64,000 nucleotides of DNA, taken from NCBI RefSeq assembly GCF_031769215.1, contig NW_026781979.1, forward strand, positions 1,178,001 to 1,242,000, in the 5' to 3' direction. This stretch comes from Ylistrum balloti. Taxonomy: Eukaryota. The position numbers were made by a program, and so were the translations under genes. Numbering within the stretch: the first letter of the stretch is position 1; every line of letters begins with the position of its first letter. The notes below the pieces were generated by a model. The model ran no database searches, was not told the origin of the DNA, and was given only the letters and a program-made list of their open reading frames with translations. This document shows positions 14,101 to 28,000 of this stretch, piece by piece.

Positions 14101-14643
14101 TGTATACTTCTTGTTGTCCTTTTTCTAAGTTGTTTTGTTACCGGATCGCTGCGTTGATGTTCTGGTTACTTGATTGTGGAATGTTACAACGAAGAGAATC
14201 AATTCTCTATTTCTCTCTCATCCTGTGAGATCTGAAATGCAAATCAAACGGTTAGGGTAACAATAAATTCAACAACAAACTTGAGGTATTAACACTGTGT
14301 AAATTCCTACTCTTTTCAATATGACATATACTTGTGTATCCTCAAATGGAGTTTGATTTAAAATGTTGTACACGACCATTAGATAAATTTCCATGCAGAC
14401 AACAAAGTATGCATGTTTTAAGTTTAAACCACAAACACTGAGAACATTCTCTGTGTACACATACATTTAATTTGACACAGCGTGTGCTTGTTTGTGGTGT
14501 AAAAATGTTTGCTCTCCAGATTGTTTTTACCACTAACTATGCTATTCATCTTTAGATGACTGAACACTGTATTCTGTTAGGTCGTGCCTATAACCATTTT
14601 ATTATTGCATTTGACAATACTGCAATTGTCTACGTATTTGCAA

Positions 14644-14684
14644 TACACACATTCACACACACACACGCGCGCACGCGCAAACAC
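14644..14684. repeat. Compound (CA)n/(CG)n microsatellite
   Basis: ACACACATTCACACACACACACGCGCGCACGCGCAAACACA. Confidence 0.8.
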
Positions 14685-15642
14685 ATGTATATCCCAACAA
14701 AACATGAGTAGGATTAACATATCATAAATGCAAGTCCTGAAATCTTGGAAGCTGTGCGGCCTATAGCCCGTTGTGGTTTGTGTACATGATATCACGATAC
14801 TCACAGGTCCGTACGTTTGTACAAAAGTTATGTATATTTACATACTATATCTTTTTCAGGCCTCCTTATCTTCCTCACCAGCCAAGCCAGCAAGAATCCG
14901 ACTTTATCAACAACTCGGTAATGATTTATTTCATTATTGAAATGTTGACATCAGAAAAAAATAATCTGGCGTGAGTAAGATAGAGAAGAATCTTTAATGA
15001 TAATAAAACTAAGTTTATCCTCTTCCTATGGCGAGCTGACTTCAAAATGGTGTATACTGATATACTCTTTAATAGAGTGGCTTATAAAACCGTAGTCGGT
15101 CAGAAACATCCAGGTCTGTTTCTCAGTAGTAAGGGTTAATCATGTTTTACATTTAATCGAATCGAAAAAGAATATTTTGATTGTTGAAAATGTGTAGAAC
15201 TTTATTTGACCAATAGTGATATTTCAGAAGAGATAGTACAGGTTTTATTGCTTACCCAGGATATTCAGCATTTAAAATGAATGAGATAAACAAATTATGA
15301 GAATCTATATAAAGAAACTGAGTTTGTTCAGCTTAAAAGGAAAATTTATGATACAGGTGTCTCAAAAAGAAAGGTTTTTAATCTTTGACAGCATACTTTA
15401 ATAACAATACTGGTCATATGATTCCATTTGTAAAATACTTCACTGTGATATATCACCTCTGGTAAGTATCTCACAATGATATCAGCTAGAGTTGAATTTT
15501 CTTCAAAAACGCATTGCTATTTTTTAACACTGTTTACTAGAGAAAAATAAATATTTTAATCGTTTGCTAATTACTTGTAAGACAGACTCCGCCCACAACG
15601 CTGTATTCCTACACAGACCAAATCATTGTAAATTACAGTTTT

Positions 15643-15953
15643 CAATCTCGTACACTACACTTTAGTGTATGAATGTGTATCAATCTCGTACACTACACTT
15701 TAGTGTATGAATGTGTATCAATCTCGTACACTACACTTTAGTGTATGAATGTGTATCAATCTCGTACACTACACTTCAGTGTATGAATGTGTATCAATCT
15801 CGTACACTACACTTCAGTGTATGAATGTGTATCAATCTCGTACACTACACTTCAGTGTATGAATGTGTATCAATCTCGTACACTACACTTTAGTGTATGA
15901 ATGTGTATCAATCTCGTACACTACACTTTAGTGTATGAATGTGTATCAATCTC
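15643..15953. repeat. 38-bp minisatellite, 8 full units plus 7 nt
   Basis: Unit CAATCTCGTACACTACACTT(T/C)AGTGTATGAATGTGTAT starts at 15643, 15681, 15719 ... 15909. It contains the internal inverted repeat TACACT-TT-AGTGTA. Confidence 0.97.
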
Positions 15954-18911
15954 AACTTCAGCATGTAAATACAGAATGTAAATACACAATATTTTAAGAC
16001 TTCAAGACACGATGTAAATATGAGACATTTTTGATGCTTTTTCAAAAGACATATTTAGTTACAAACATTGCTACACCTGGACTTATTTACCGTATTTTTC
16101 CGGTATATAATTGACAGCGCATGGACATCTCTCTGTTTGTCTCCTTCAAAGAGAGACAGCTAACTGAAAATATTATAAAATTTTACTTCAGGCGATTACA
16201 AATTCTATCAATAAAGATATATTAAATTTCACCGTTTATCTGATTTTTGTTTTAAACTCGTATAACAATATTTATTAGAAAGTTTAGTTTAAGCGCTATG
16301 TGTAAATATTATTTCTAAAGATACGGCTTACTACATCTGTTGCCCTATTCAAAATGTATGCAAGACCTATTCGAGTTTTAGAGAAGTTAAAAAGTGGCAA
16401 ATTGACTGCTGTTAGACACGAGATGCTAATGAACTACAGTGTGTAGACTGGTGACGTATTAATGATAAAACAGTCTGTATAGCAGTTAGTTTTCCTTGAT
16501 GTTATTTATTACACGATGCAATAACAAAAGCGAACACGGATGTATTATCTATCTTTTTTTTATATATTTTTTAGAGTTCAACTTGAGCTCAATTTTCTGA
16601 TAAAATCTGTGTAGCTGATTACATAGCTTATAAATTATAAAAGAAAAAAACTTTTAATACAGACTGTTTGAAAATCATTCCAACACCTTATCGATAAAAC
16701 ATATCTAAAAAAAAAAAAAGAAATTGTCACTAATTAACAACGAGGTGAGGAGACTCATTGACCTTTCGGGATAATGAATTATTCACGACGTCATTTTCAA
16801 GACGTGCCAGAGTCATTTATGATCGTCAAGCGGGATTAATATGCAAGTGAGAAAATTACCGACGGCATGTAGTGTTGTTAGACCATGGATCAGAATCTGT
16901 TTTTCATTCACTGATTAAATGCCTATTGGGCTTTTACAAAATTTAATTGAAAGAGAATTATTTGTCGTGTCGAAAAATACACTATTTCGATTTTTCTTTC
17001 TTTTTTGTTTATGTTTTACGTTGTTTATATTGGTATGATATAAAGAAAATGACAATATCATCATGCAATTGTCAACATTCATTGACATGATCAAATAAGA
17101 AACATGATGATTTAATAACATTAGTGGTATCTATGTCTTTGTTAAAGAGGTAAAAATTGTATCATTCACAACTGATGTCCACTACATTCAGCAGCAGAAA
17201 TGTCAGCCTAGTCATATTTTTCTAAAAAAAAAACCGCCTATTTGACCTGCTAAGTATTGAAAACTGACCAGAGTACCACACCGATCCCAACTAAAACAGA
17301 ACCGGAAGTTTTTATAACTACACTACACTGCATGTTATAAAGTCGCGACAATATCGATTTATAGCCTTGGCTACGCTTAGGCAATGATGATGCTTGAACG
17401 ATCGCCACTAAGCATGTCCACAGCGGAATTATAACTCGGGGTCAGGGTCACAGATATATACATATATATATATAAACGGTATTGTGTATGGTAGTCGCTC
17501 GTTTGATTCACTGAAGATGTCAACTTGCCAACGAGATGACAAATTAGGCGAAAGCTGAGAGGCGATGTACTGGGCGTATAAGAGAAGATAATCATTATAC
17601 AGATCATGAAAACATTATATATAGTTCAAACAACTTAACGTTCTCAAGATGTTTTACATACTTAAACGGTTAAACATGAATATATGTAACTTATTCTCAA
17701 ACACGGGACTTTCCTGCTGTTAACTTAAAACAATGTATAGTAATTACCTGTGATAAAATCTATAAATAGAACGCCTAATACACATTACATTCCACACATG
17801 ACTACACATATCATAAGTATCCATAGCTAGCAGATAAAAATAATGCGAAATAATTAAGGGAACACGTGTTAAAAATGAAAAGATTCGTCATTTTTTTCAG
17901 ACCAGAAACAATTGACTGTTATATACTCTACCTGTTTTTGCTGTTTCCTCTTGCAAATCGGAATCAGTAAGCTGTAGTTTTCATATGCATTTATATATAT
18001 CCTGTACAGTATTTCAGCAGAGAAGTAACAATCACAACCATCTCCACTCTTCTCCCTGGCTGACAGTCTGCCGTGCAATATGGAGTACGCTGTGTGACTA
18101 TCTCGTCCGTATCGTATTTCATTGAGGGATGCGCGTGCATTAAAATATCTACTACTACTGTCGTAGAATGTCTGGAAGGTGTAGTGTATACAACGGGATC
18201 CTGCTAATGTAACGAGCACAAGTGTACGGGATAACTTTACTGACGAGAGTGGATGTCTGTATAGTCGATGTATGACGGACGAAAGACTGGTTAGCTTGAA
18301 AATATTTAATAATTAATAGTCACAGACAAATGGAAATGGTGTGAAAAGTCACGTTGGCAATATCATGAGAAACAAACATTTAGTTACTTGTACAGATGAT
18401 CTCAAGATGCAAATATTCTCCCCATCACGTACAGCTACAGGCTGTAAGTATTTTGGACTGCTGACTGGTGTGTGAAGAAGCGTTCATATAATCCAAGCAT
18501 TGTATTGATGAGTCACAGTTGTAGTGGAGAGTTTGCTTCCTCTCTCCCTGTGCAATAAAACAACAACACCAACCTTCAAACGGAAAAGAGAACAAAACAT
18601 CCCCGTTATCATTCGTGAACATAAGAATAAAGGGCACAGTATTTATGATATATATTATTGTGTCATTTGTCGTCACCGATCGTCAATGCTTATATAGGAG
18701 CATTCATACAGAAACGATTGCAATTAACCGTTTTGCTAATAAATACATACAAGTGTAACGCAAATGCCTACTGTCGATAGCCACAAACAAGACTTAATCT
18801 ATACATAATCGATTATTCCTATGAAGTAAATATAGCCATGACGAACTAAGTATATTTGTATATTCTAGCAATTAGAAAAAATCGAAAATTAAAGAAAATT
18901 GGTTAGAATTA

Positions 18912-19306
18912 ACATTTTTGGATTTGGAGGTGTTAATAGCTTGGTTGTCCCGAAACATTTCGGGATTTGAAGGTGTTACTAGTTTTGTTGTCTTGAAATA
19001 TTTTGGGATTTGGAGGTGTTAATAGCTTGGTTGTGCTGAAACATTATGAGATTTGGAGGTGTTAATAGCTTGGTTGTGCTGAAACATTATGAGATTTGGA
19101 GGTGTTAATAGCTTGGATGTGCTGAAACATTATGAGATTTGGAGGTGTTAATAGCTTGGATGTGCTGAAACATTATGAGATTTGGAGGTGTTAATAGCTT
19201 GGTTGTGCTGAAACATTATGAGATTTGGAGGTGTTAAAAGCTTGGATGTGCTGAAACATTATGAGAATTGGAGGTGTTAATAGCTTGGTTGTGCTGAAAC
19301 ATTATG
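18912..19306. repeat. 43-bp minisatellite, about 9 units
   Basis: Unit GAGATTTGGAGGTGTTAATAGCTTGG(T/A)TGTGCTGAAACATTAT. GA(T/A)TTG(G/A) recurs at 18921, 18964, 19007 ... 19265. The first units are the most diverged. Confidence 0.95.
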
Positions 19307-19600
19307 CACCTCCTCCTCAAGATATTGATCTTTCTTTTCATTTTTACTCAGTCACCTCCTCAAAATAATAATATAAAATAAATAAAATAAAAACAGAATT
19401 AAGAACTTTTGTAATAAAATAATCAGAAATATTATATCATAACAGGTTTGGAGGACAATATCATATAGAGGCAGACACTTTCTATTCATTGTTAATATCA
19501 TGACATTATAATCGATTTCCGACTGGCACAGCAATGGAAATATACATGCACAAATATTACATGGGCGAATCCTCTGAGTAAAAGGCCCATAAAACCAACT

Positions 19601-21296
19601 GAGATATCTTATAAAACGTATAAAATATCTTATATAGCAACGAGATATCTTATATAGCAAACGAGATATCTTACATAGCAAACAGAGACGTCTTATATAG
19701 CAAACGAGATATCTTATATAGCAAACGAGATATCTTATATAGCAAACGAGATATCTTACATAGCAAACCGAGATATCTTATATAGCAAACGAGTTTCTTA
19801 CATAGCAAACGAGATATCTTATATAGTAAACGAGATATCTTATATAGCAAACGAGATATATTACATAGCAAACAGAGACGTCCTATATAGCAAACGAGAT
19901 ATCTTATATAGCAAACCGAGACGTCTTACATAGCAAACCGAGATATCTTATAAAGCAAACGAGATATATTATATAGCAAACGAGATATCTTACATAGCAA
20001 ACAGAGACGTCTTATATAGCAAACGAGATATCTTATATAGCAAACGAGATATCTTATCTAGCAAACGAGATATCTTACATAGCAAACCGAGATGTCTCAC
20101 ATAGCAAACGAGGTATATTAAATAGCAAACGGGATATTTTATATAGTAAACAAGATATATTAAATAGCAAACGAGATATCTTATATAACAAACAAGATAT
20201 CTTACATAGTAAACAAGATATCTTATATAGCAAACGAGATATCTTATATAGCAAACCGAGACGTCTTATATAGCAAAGAGGGATATCTTATAAAGCAAAC
20301 GAGATATCTCACATAGCAAAGGAGAAATATTAAATAGCAAACGGGATATTTTATATAGCAAACAAGATATATTAAATAGCAAACGTGATATCTTATATAA
20401 CAAACAAGATATCTTACATAGTAAACGAGATATCTTATATAGCGAACCGAGATATCTTACATAGCAAACGAGATATCTTATATAGCGAACCGAGATATCT
20501 TACATAGCAAACGATATATCTTATATAGCGAACCGAGATATCTTACATAGCAAACGTGATATCTTATATAACAAACAAGATATCTTACATAGTAAACGAG
20601 ATATCTTATATAGCAAACGATATATCTTATATAGCAAACCGAGATATCTTACATAGCAAACGAGATATCTTATATAGCAAACGAGATATCTTATATAGCA
20701 AACCGAGACGTCTTATATAGCAAAGAGGGATATCTTACATAGCAAACCGAGATATCTCACATAGCAAACGAGAAATATTAAATAGCAAACGGGATATTTT
20801 ATATAGCAAACAAGATATATTAAATAGCAAACGTGATATCTTATATAACAAACGAGATATCTTATATAGCAAACCGAGATATCTTACATAGCAAACGAGA
20901 TATCTTATATAACAAACAAGATATCTTACATAGTAAACGAGATATCTTATATAGCAAACGATATATCTTTTATAGCAAACGAGATATCTTATATAGCAAA
21001 CAAAGATATCTTATATAGCAAACGAGATATCTTATATTGCAAACAGAGATATCCTATATAGAAAACAGAGATATCTTATATAGCAAACGAGATATCTGAT
21101 ATAGCAAACGAAATATCTTATATTGCAAACAGAGATATCCTATATAGAAAACAGAGATATCTTATATAGCAAACAGAGATATCTTATATAGCAAACGAGA
21201 TATGACATAGCAAACGAAATATCTTATATTGCAAACAGAGATATCCTATATAGAAAACAGAGATATCTTATATAGCAAACAGAGATATCTTATATA
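19601..21296. repeat. 21-22-bp satellite, about 80 units, with higher-order blocks
   Basis: Consensus GAGATATCTTATATAGCAAAC with 22-bp variants (AAACC/AAACA). Confidence 0.97.
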
Positions 21297-23199
21297 TCAT
21301 TTCTTTTTATTCATGTTAAGATACCTGATGTCTGACATATTTAATCTTTATAACGTATCTTATAAATTGTAGTAAAGTAAAATTTGTGACCGACCTTACT
21401 TAGTTGCTTCGCCATAAAAAGTATATTTACCGTTGACCATGCCGTCGATTCAGATAAATAATTGGCTTATAATGTATATGAATCTTAGGACAATACTGAA
21501 CACCAAACTGAACCAAACATGTACAATCGACTGGTGCGGTAGTGCGGTATTAACAATCGTTAATTGACATAATGATTAGTGTGAATGGCTGCCAGGCTTA
21601 GACAGCAGAAGAATAAAGGTTTTCGCGGAATTATCATCCATGATGTTTCCTTTTCCATTTTTTCTGAAAGTGAGCCATGTTTTTATAGTCCAAATCAATT
21701 AATATTTAAATGGATAATTCATTTTAGTTCATGCAATTATAACATTCAAACTTTCAATGCACAATTACCAACCATAAACGACTTCCTTAATTGTTTCCAG
21801 GTGTTTTACCGACAATGAAATACTACAATCGCTGACTGTGGATGAAATCCTCATTAAAAAGCGCACATTTCGATGTAAAGTATTTAGGCATTTAGATGTC
21901 AAATAACAAATTTGTAACGTGTATTTGTTTTAAAAGACCGTTTAATGATTGAAATTTAAACTGAATCAAATCATGTCTACATTTCGTGACCTCGATATCT
22001 TATGATCATTCATCAATGTATACCTGTGAGTGAAACCGTATGAACATCTTATACATCTTATAAGTCTAACCGTTTAACAGCGTTATGCTTCACCACAAAT
22101 ATTTAAAACAAAAAAAAAATTGCCTTAGTTTTGAAGAAAACCACCATCTTGTATATTTTTATTGTTTTCGCCATTTTGGCTGTTAGTGATACCTAGGTCC
22201 GTCTCGTCCCTTCCCGTCCCGCCCCACATAATTGCTATCGACGACTTTTTATCACAATCATAATTGTAACCATAAAAATGTATCAGATCTTTTTCCTGTT
22301 TCAAGATCCCAAGGTGACCGTTCCGAGGTCAAAGTCAAAGTCCCAATTGCTACATGAAATCATTAACATTGATACTTATTTGCATGGGACAGAATCATTA
22401 ATGTTCTAGATACATTTTTAGTTTGACAAAGAAATCTCCCGATTTTCACTCGATTTCACTACTGTATATCACTTACTTCCGGTGATACTTTTGTGAGCGT
22501 CATCAGAACATATCTTTTATAATTAAAAGGAGACAAGTCAGCCGTGTTCATACAAGGATGACTTGTTTTGAATTTCGAAAGATTGGATATATTCTTTATG
22601 TCCTACTATCAAGACTCATTTGTCTCATAGGTTTTAAAATATAGGTCTTAATCATCACTGACGGATCTTAGAAGGGCGAAACGGCTGTATGGTGCAGTTT
22701 AATTTCTTGTTTGGCTCTACTGTATCTAGGTCCAAATTTGTGTTTAGAAGGTGCTATTCATTCGTGTGTCTTTTGCACAATATTCTCTTCAGCAACTGTA
22801 TGGCTGGTTCTGGAAGTTGATTAATCAGCGAAAATGAAACTTTTTGACTGTATGGCAGGTTCTGGTAGTTGATTGGTAAGCGATGATGAAACTTCTTTCT
22901 ACAACTTGGTGTACTGTTTATCAACAATAGATGCATATTTTTAAACTGAGATAAATTACAACTGATTATTAAATGTACTTTTTGAGAATCTAATAATTGT
23001 ACAAAAGACATCTACTAGAATGCAATGGTCATTTTCCACCACTACCTGGTATAGTTGATATATTGAAAGTGTCTTATTTAAATTATCTGATACAATAAAT
23101 ATATTTACCAGACACGTTTATTGTGTGCTTTCATGAACTTGCAATTATCAGAACTCAGCCTATTATTTTGATAGAACTTTGTTTATGCAATAGTGCAAT

Positions 23200-24200
23200 A
23201 GGACTTCCACATTACAGACGAATGATGAGAACGGAAGAACAAGAAAAAAGCAAACTCGGATTTAATAAAAATTACACGGAGATTCCTAAAGAAAATGTAC
23301 AAAATAAGCCCAGGTATTTCGGAGGAGTAATCTTCAAGAATAAGCCCAGGTGTTTCGGAGGAGAAAGCGTCTTCTGATTCATTGACGACACCCGTCATGT
23401 CAACCTTGGTCAAACCAAGCAAATAATGAAACATTCTCAAATGAGAACAAGTGTATAACAACGGAACCAACCGACATAATAAAGACCATCAAACACGTCC
23501 AGCATCATATCGCTCAATGAAATCACCTTGACGACCGTAAACTTTCTTTATTATTTTCATCAGCCTGTGCCATTTGAAACCCTATGTTTCGAGTTTGTTG
23601 ACGACTTCTACCACTAAAATCTCGATAATGGAACAAGCCCTTGATTATCGAACCAACTGTGACATGCAAACACTATTTGGGGATGGGTTAGGAATGTAGC
23701 GTTGTAATAGTGAAATTCAAGTCAGCCGGCTGAGGAGCAAAGTTAGTTCTCAAGCCCATAGTCCGTCAGAAGATCTTCCCGCCAAACTCGACTCGATCAT
23801 ATTTATGATTTCGTCCTTGTATATTTCCTCTTTGATTTTTCACGAGATATATTTCAGTATAGTTCAAAATCATATATCTGTATTGCCATTTAACTTAAAA
23901 TAAAACGCTCATAACAAGAGATCGAAAGTAGTCTTTCAGTTTTGAATGGAGTATGGTGGTGTACAGGTTGGAAAATTCAAATGTTTTTATAGAGGTAATG
24001 TTATAGATGAGGGTGTTGAAGATTGGTCAAAGCCTCTTTGGAGTTCTTGAAAATCCACACACTATTAATACCACTTTGCTCTATGGGTAAACAGCATCAC
24101 AATAGGACTGTAATCCAGATTTGATTGTGAATGGTAGTTAATAGTTAGAGGTACTAAAATTGGCATGTGGAATTTAAACTTTTGAGGAAGATAATATACT
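23200..24200 (-). mobile_element. Degenerate Penelope-like RT retroelement, copy 2, with internal deletion (boundaries approximate)
   Basis: Minus strand reads TIKSGLQSYCDAVYP..SGINSVWIFKNSKEAL, FSNLYTTILHSKLKD and GGKIF*RTMGLRTNFAPQPADL. It has the same 3' tail as copy 1 (GTTTCGGAGGAGAAAGCGTCTTCTGATTCATTGACGACACCC on the + strand). Confidence 0.8.
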
Positions 24201-25081
24201 AATGTTGTATCATGTTATTATCGTCAGATTTACTTGGTATGCGTTGTCTCCGACATGGAGGGTGTCATCACTAATAGTTTACTAGTGATCCCCAGCTATT
24301 TTCAATATATGGTTAAAATTGTGCTTTCAGTTTTTTACCAATTCGAAGAGCTGCAAGATGTACCATTATTTGTACAAGTGACCTCAATGAAATGTACAAT
24401 ATGTGTTAGAATTCAACATACAAATGTAAGTAGGGTTCACTGAAAAAAAAATCGACTGCAATGTGAACCTTCGTGATAATTCCTATAATGTTATTGCCGT
24501 GTATTCAATGTCAACACAGTTGATTGCTGTCTTCACGGTGACGTTACAATTGGACGACAAAACGGTAGACGAGAGATAAAACAAGGAAGTGATAAGTTAA
24601 TATGTAGATGATCTTCCTTTAATTAAAAATTTTATTTTAGATAAATAAGATGAAACTAATTTCTTTATTCGTTTTGAAGACACCAGTTTGAAAAAAAAAA
24701 GAATTGTGACGAGTTCCATAAATCTAATGTAAACAGCGAGACACCTTATGATAATACATATATATATAGATATAAAGATATAATAAATATCTACAAAGTT
24801 TATTGAATGTCAAAGCCGTTGATTGTCATTTAACTAGATATAATTGCAAGCACATGATGATGATGGCTTTCAATCCCAGGAGGGTTTTGTTTTCTTCGTT
24901 TGAAAGACGAAGATTTTGTAATGATGGTCATTATCGAAATGAGTTTTAATAGTTTCTTGTCGCTATTGTATATGTTGCCCGTCTTATGTTAAGATTTTTC
25001 ATCGTTGTGATTTTGAACATAATGTCGTTCTTTTTCTTTCGTCTTGGACGATGAGCGTTGCGTCAAATCTTTCCTAATGGC

Positions 25082-28000
25082 TTATCCAGTATGGATTTTA
25101 CAAGAAATGCGTTTTATTTTTCTGACAATCCAAACAAGTTGGTCGCTATCCAGTATTACAATAGTAAAGACTACTACCCCGATGACCAGTGATCCAGCAA
25201 TACCAAGCATCTTGGAGGATGACCTGTCATCTCCGGCTGATGTCAGAGACCGGAAGTGCCTATTTGTCATGTTGTGAGGAATAGAAAGTTTCTTTCTCAA
25301 TTTCGTTAAAGAACTGTTAACATTTTTATGTCCACTTGAACATACACACCTACATGAGCTTCCTGAATGATTGTGGCGTGGTATGTCGGTCGTGATGATT
25401 CCAGAAACAACAGGTAGTGAAGTTGAAGTTTGTTCGGTAGTCTCTTGCACAGTTGACCCAATCTTGACGGAATGCGTGCTTGTGGTCATCCTATTTCTGG
25501 TAACACTGGACGTCCATTCTGAAAGACAGAATTACCACGTCATACAATTAAGACATATTTTTGTAACAAAGTGTGCTGGCATTTAAAACAGGAAAGCAGT
25601 GAAAGGTGGACTGGTAAAGTGTTCTACCACTAGGTTATCAACTGGCGTTTTGCAAGAATTATTTTATCATTTTACGCTCGTCAAAATGTACAATTTCTGT
25701 CAGAGTTGTCGTTTCTTTTCCCAGTGCGCGCTGGGAGAGGTAACAGATTGTAGTGACACGATTAAACGACTATCCAATGGTTATACATTTAAATTTCAGA
25801 TATCTTAAAATATTAAGGATCTGTGCTAACTTCGCCGACTTCTGAAGATTTGACGTAACGCTGGTCAACATGACGTCAAAATGTCATATTAATAGTAATA
25901 CTGTCTTGAATATATGGTTTCTATGCACAGTGTTAGTGGGAAACGATCATACGAAATGCAAGTATGCATGTATACACATATATCTGCAGCTGTACTTTTC
26001 AAACTGCAGTCTATAGCATGCATGTTAATGTGAAAAAGCCAGCATGAACACCACAAAACTATTTCTATTAATAGACCGTTACAGTACGGTGTAGAACATC
26101 CCTGAGAATGCTTACAGGGTAGTATTATTGTATTACAAAGGATTACAGTACATTAAGTTTTGACAATAACAAAGAAGTTGATAATAATCATAAGAGAACT
26201 GAAGAATCAAGCAGGAACCTTGCTGTAAGTTCTAAACGTTTATATAGTAGGAAGGAGCGTGGAACTGTGGCGTAAGGAGTATAACTGGATATGTAGATAG
26301 TACCTAGGACTGAATATTTGTTACATCATTGTAGAAAATATATAACAACATATGATTTTATCACAATAATTGTATGATGAAGGAATATCATTTAAGTATG
26401 GGTATTTTATTTACAAATAATTAGTTTTACAGACGCTAATGTAATACATTATCAACAATGTCTACTATATAGAAAATAAAGATGCAAATTGTTTTCGCTT
26501 GAAAGATTGAGATTTATATCGTACAGTAAATATATGTACTTGCTTAGTAACGACTGGTGAGAAATTGGTTATGTTATACTTGGTATGTATATCGGAGAGG
26601 CTCCTTTTACTATTTTCTTTTTTAATCCGTAGTTTAAATCTTTAGTAGAGATTCCTAAATCGCTAGCCAATGAATGATCGTAGAAGTAAACTGATAAATA
26701 AAATTTTTATCCTAACCTACCATTTCCTTCCGAAACTGTTCCCTTTACAATGCCTCATTTCAGTTAAGTTTCAGCCTATGTGAGAAAGACTGTGGGCTAA
26801 ATACCTTAGTCGTAACATGTGATAAAGAGATACTTAATACTTCTTGACACTTCACACTGATATGAGTAGGATTCATAAGTAGAATGAAGTAGCGTCCAGG
26901 GATGTCATTTCAAAGTTCATGTGAAACGAGATTTCAGTCAAATGGTATTATATAACTCCTTAAATTAATCTAAGCACCGCCCTCAGTTGACCTGAATGAA
27001 ATATTAGGATGTGCTGGGGGCCTTTCCGAATGTAACAGCACTAAAGTGGCACGATTTTGTTCCGCATAAAAGAACAGACTCATACAGTGTTTTCATTCCA
27101 ATATAGAATTACAGACTTTCCCTGACACTTCACTTTGACTATTTGTATTTGGAAGACTTTTTATTTCTGACACGATGTTTTCGTAAATCGACAATGATAA
27201 TTATATGGTTACAGCATTACTTTCTTCAGTAAGAGCANNNNNNNNNNNNNNNNNNNNNNNNNNNNNNNNNNNNNNNNNNNNNNNNNNNNNNNNNNNNNNN
27301 NNNNNNNNNNNNNNNNNNNNNNNNNNNNNNNNNNNNNNNNNNNNNNNNNNNNNNNNNNNNNNNNNNNNNNNNNNNNNNNNNNNNNNNNNNNNNNNNNNNN
27401 AAACAACAGCAAGAATATACCAACATTGCAACATAATCATGATTCAAACTTAAATTCTTATAAAACTGGGACAAAATATGAATAAAAGAAAGATTTACAC
27501 GGAGATTCCTGAAAAAGTTCAAGTAGAATAAAAGCAGGTGTTCCGGAAGAGTAATCGTCTTCTGCTTCATCGACGACACTTGCCAAATAAACAGTGGTCA
27601 ATCCAAGTAAATAATGTCACGTTCTTAAATGAGAGCAAGGTATACAACAATTGAACCAACAGGCAAACTAACGAGCATCAAATAAGTCCGGATACATGTC
27701 ACTGAGAGACCATTTTAAGATATGTATAAAACATTGGTATTTACATTCTCATCAGCCATAAATCATTATGAAATTGATTTTATCGTCTTATTTATTTTTT
27801 CATCACAAACAAACCAGTATGATGAGCATTGGAAAATGCCGTGTAAATATTTTGATAGAAATAGTAATATATTTGTCATTTTATTTATAAATTATTTGTT
27901 AATCGAATGAGTACATAAATCAATGAATATTTTATGACAAAATAGGAAATTAATCATAAAGATGAAAATGCTAATTCAGAATTTTTTTTCAATTCCTCAG

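Noticed and set aside
19352-21018. ORFs 19352-19681, 19671-19871 and 20833-21018 (KISRLLY and SKRDILY repeats)
   Set aside because: These are translations of the 21-bp satellite, with frequent frame breaks and no gene structure.
27201-27579. Four ORFs containing X runs
   Set aside because: Artefacts of the N gap.
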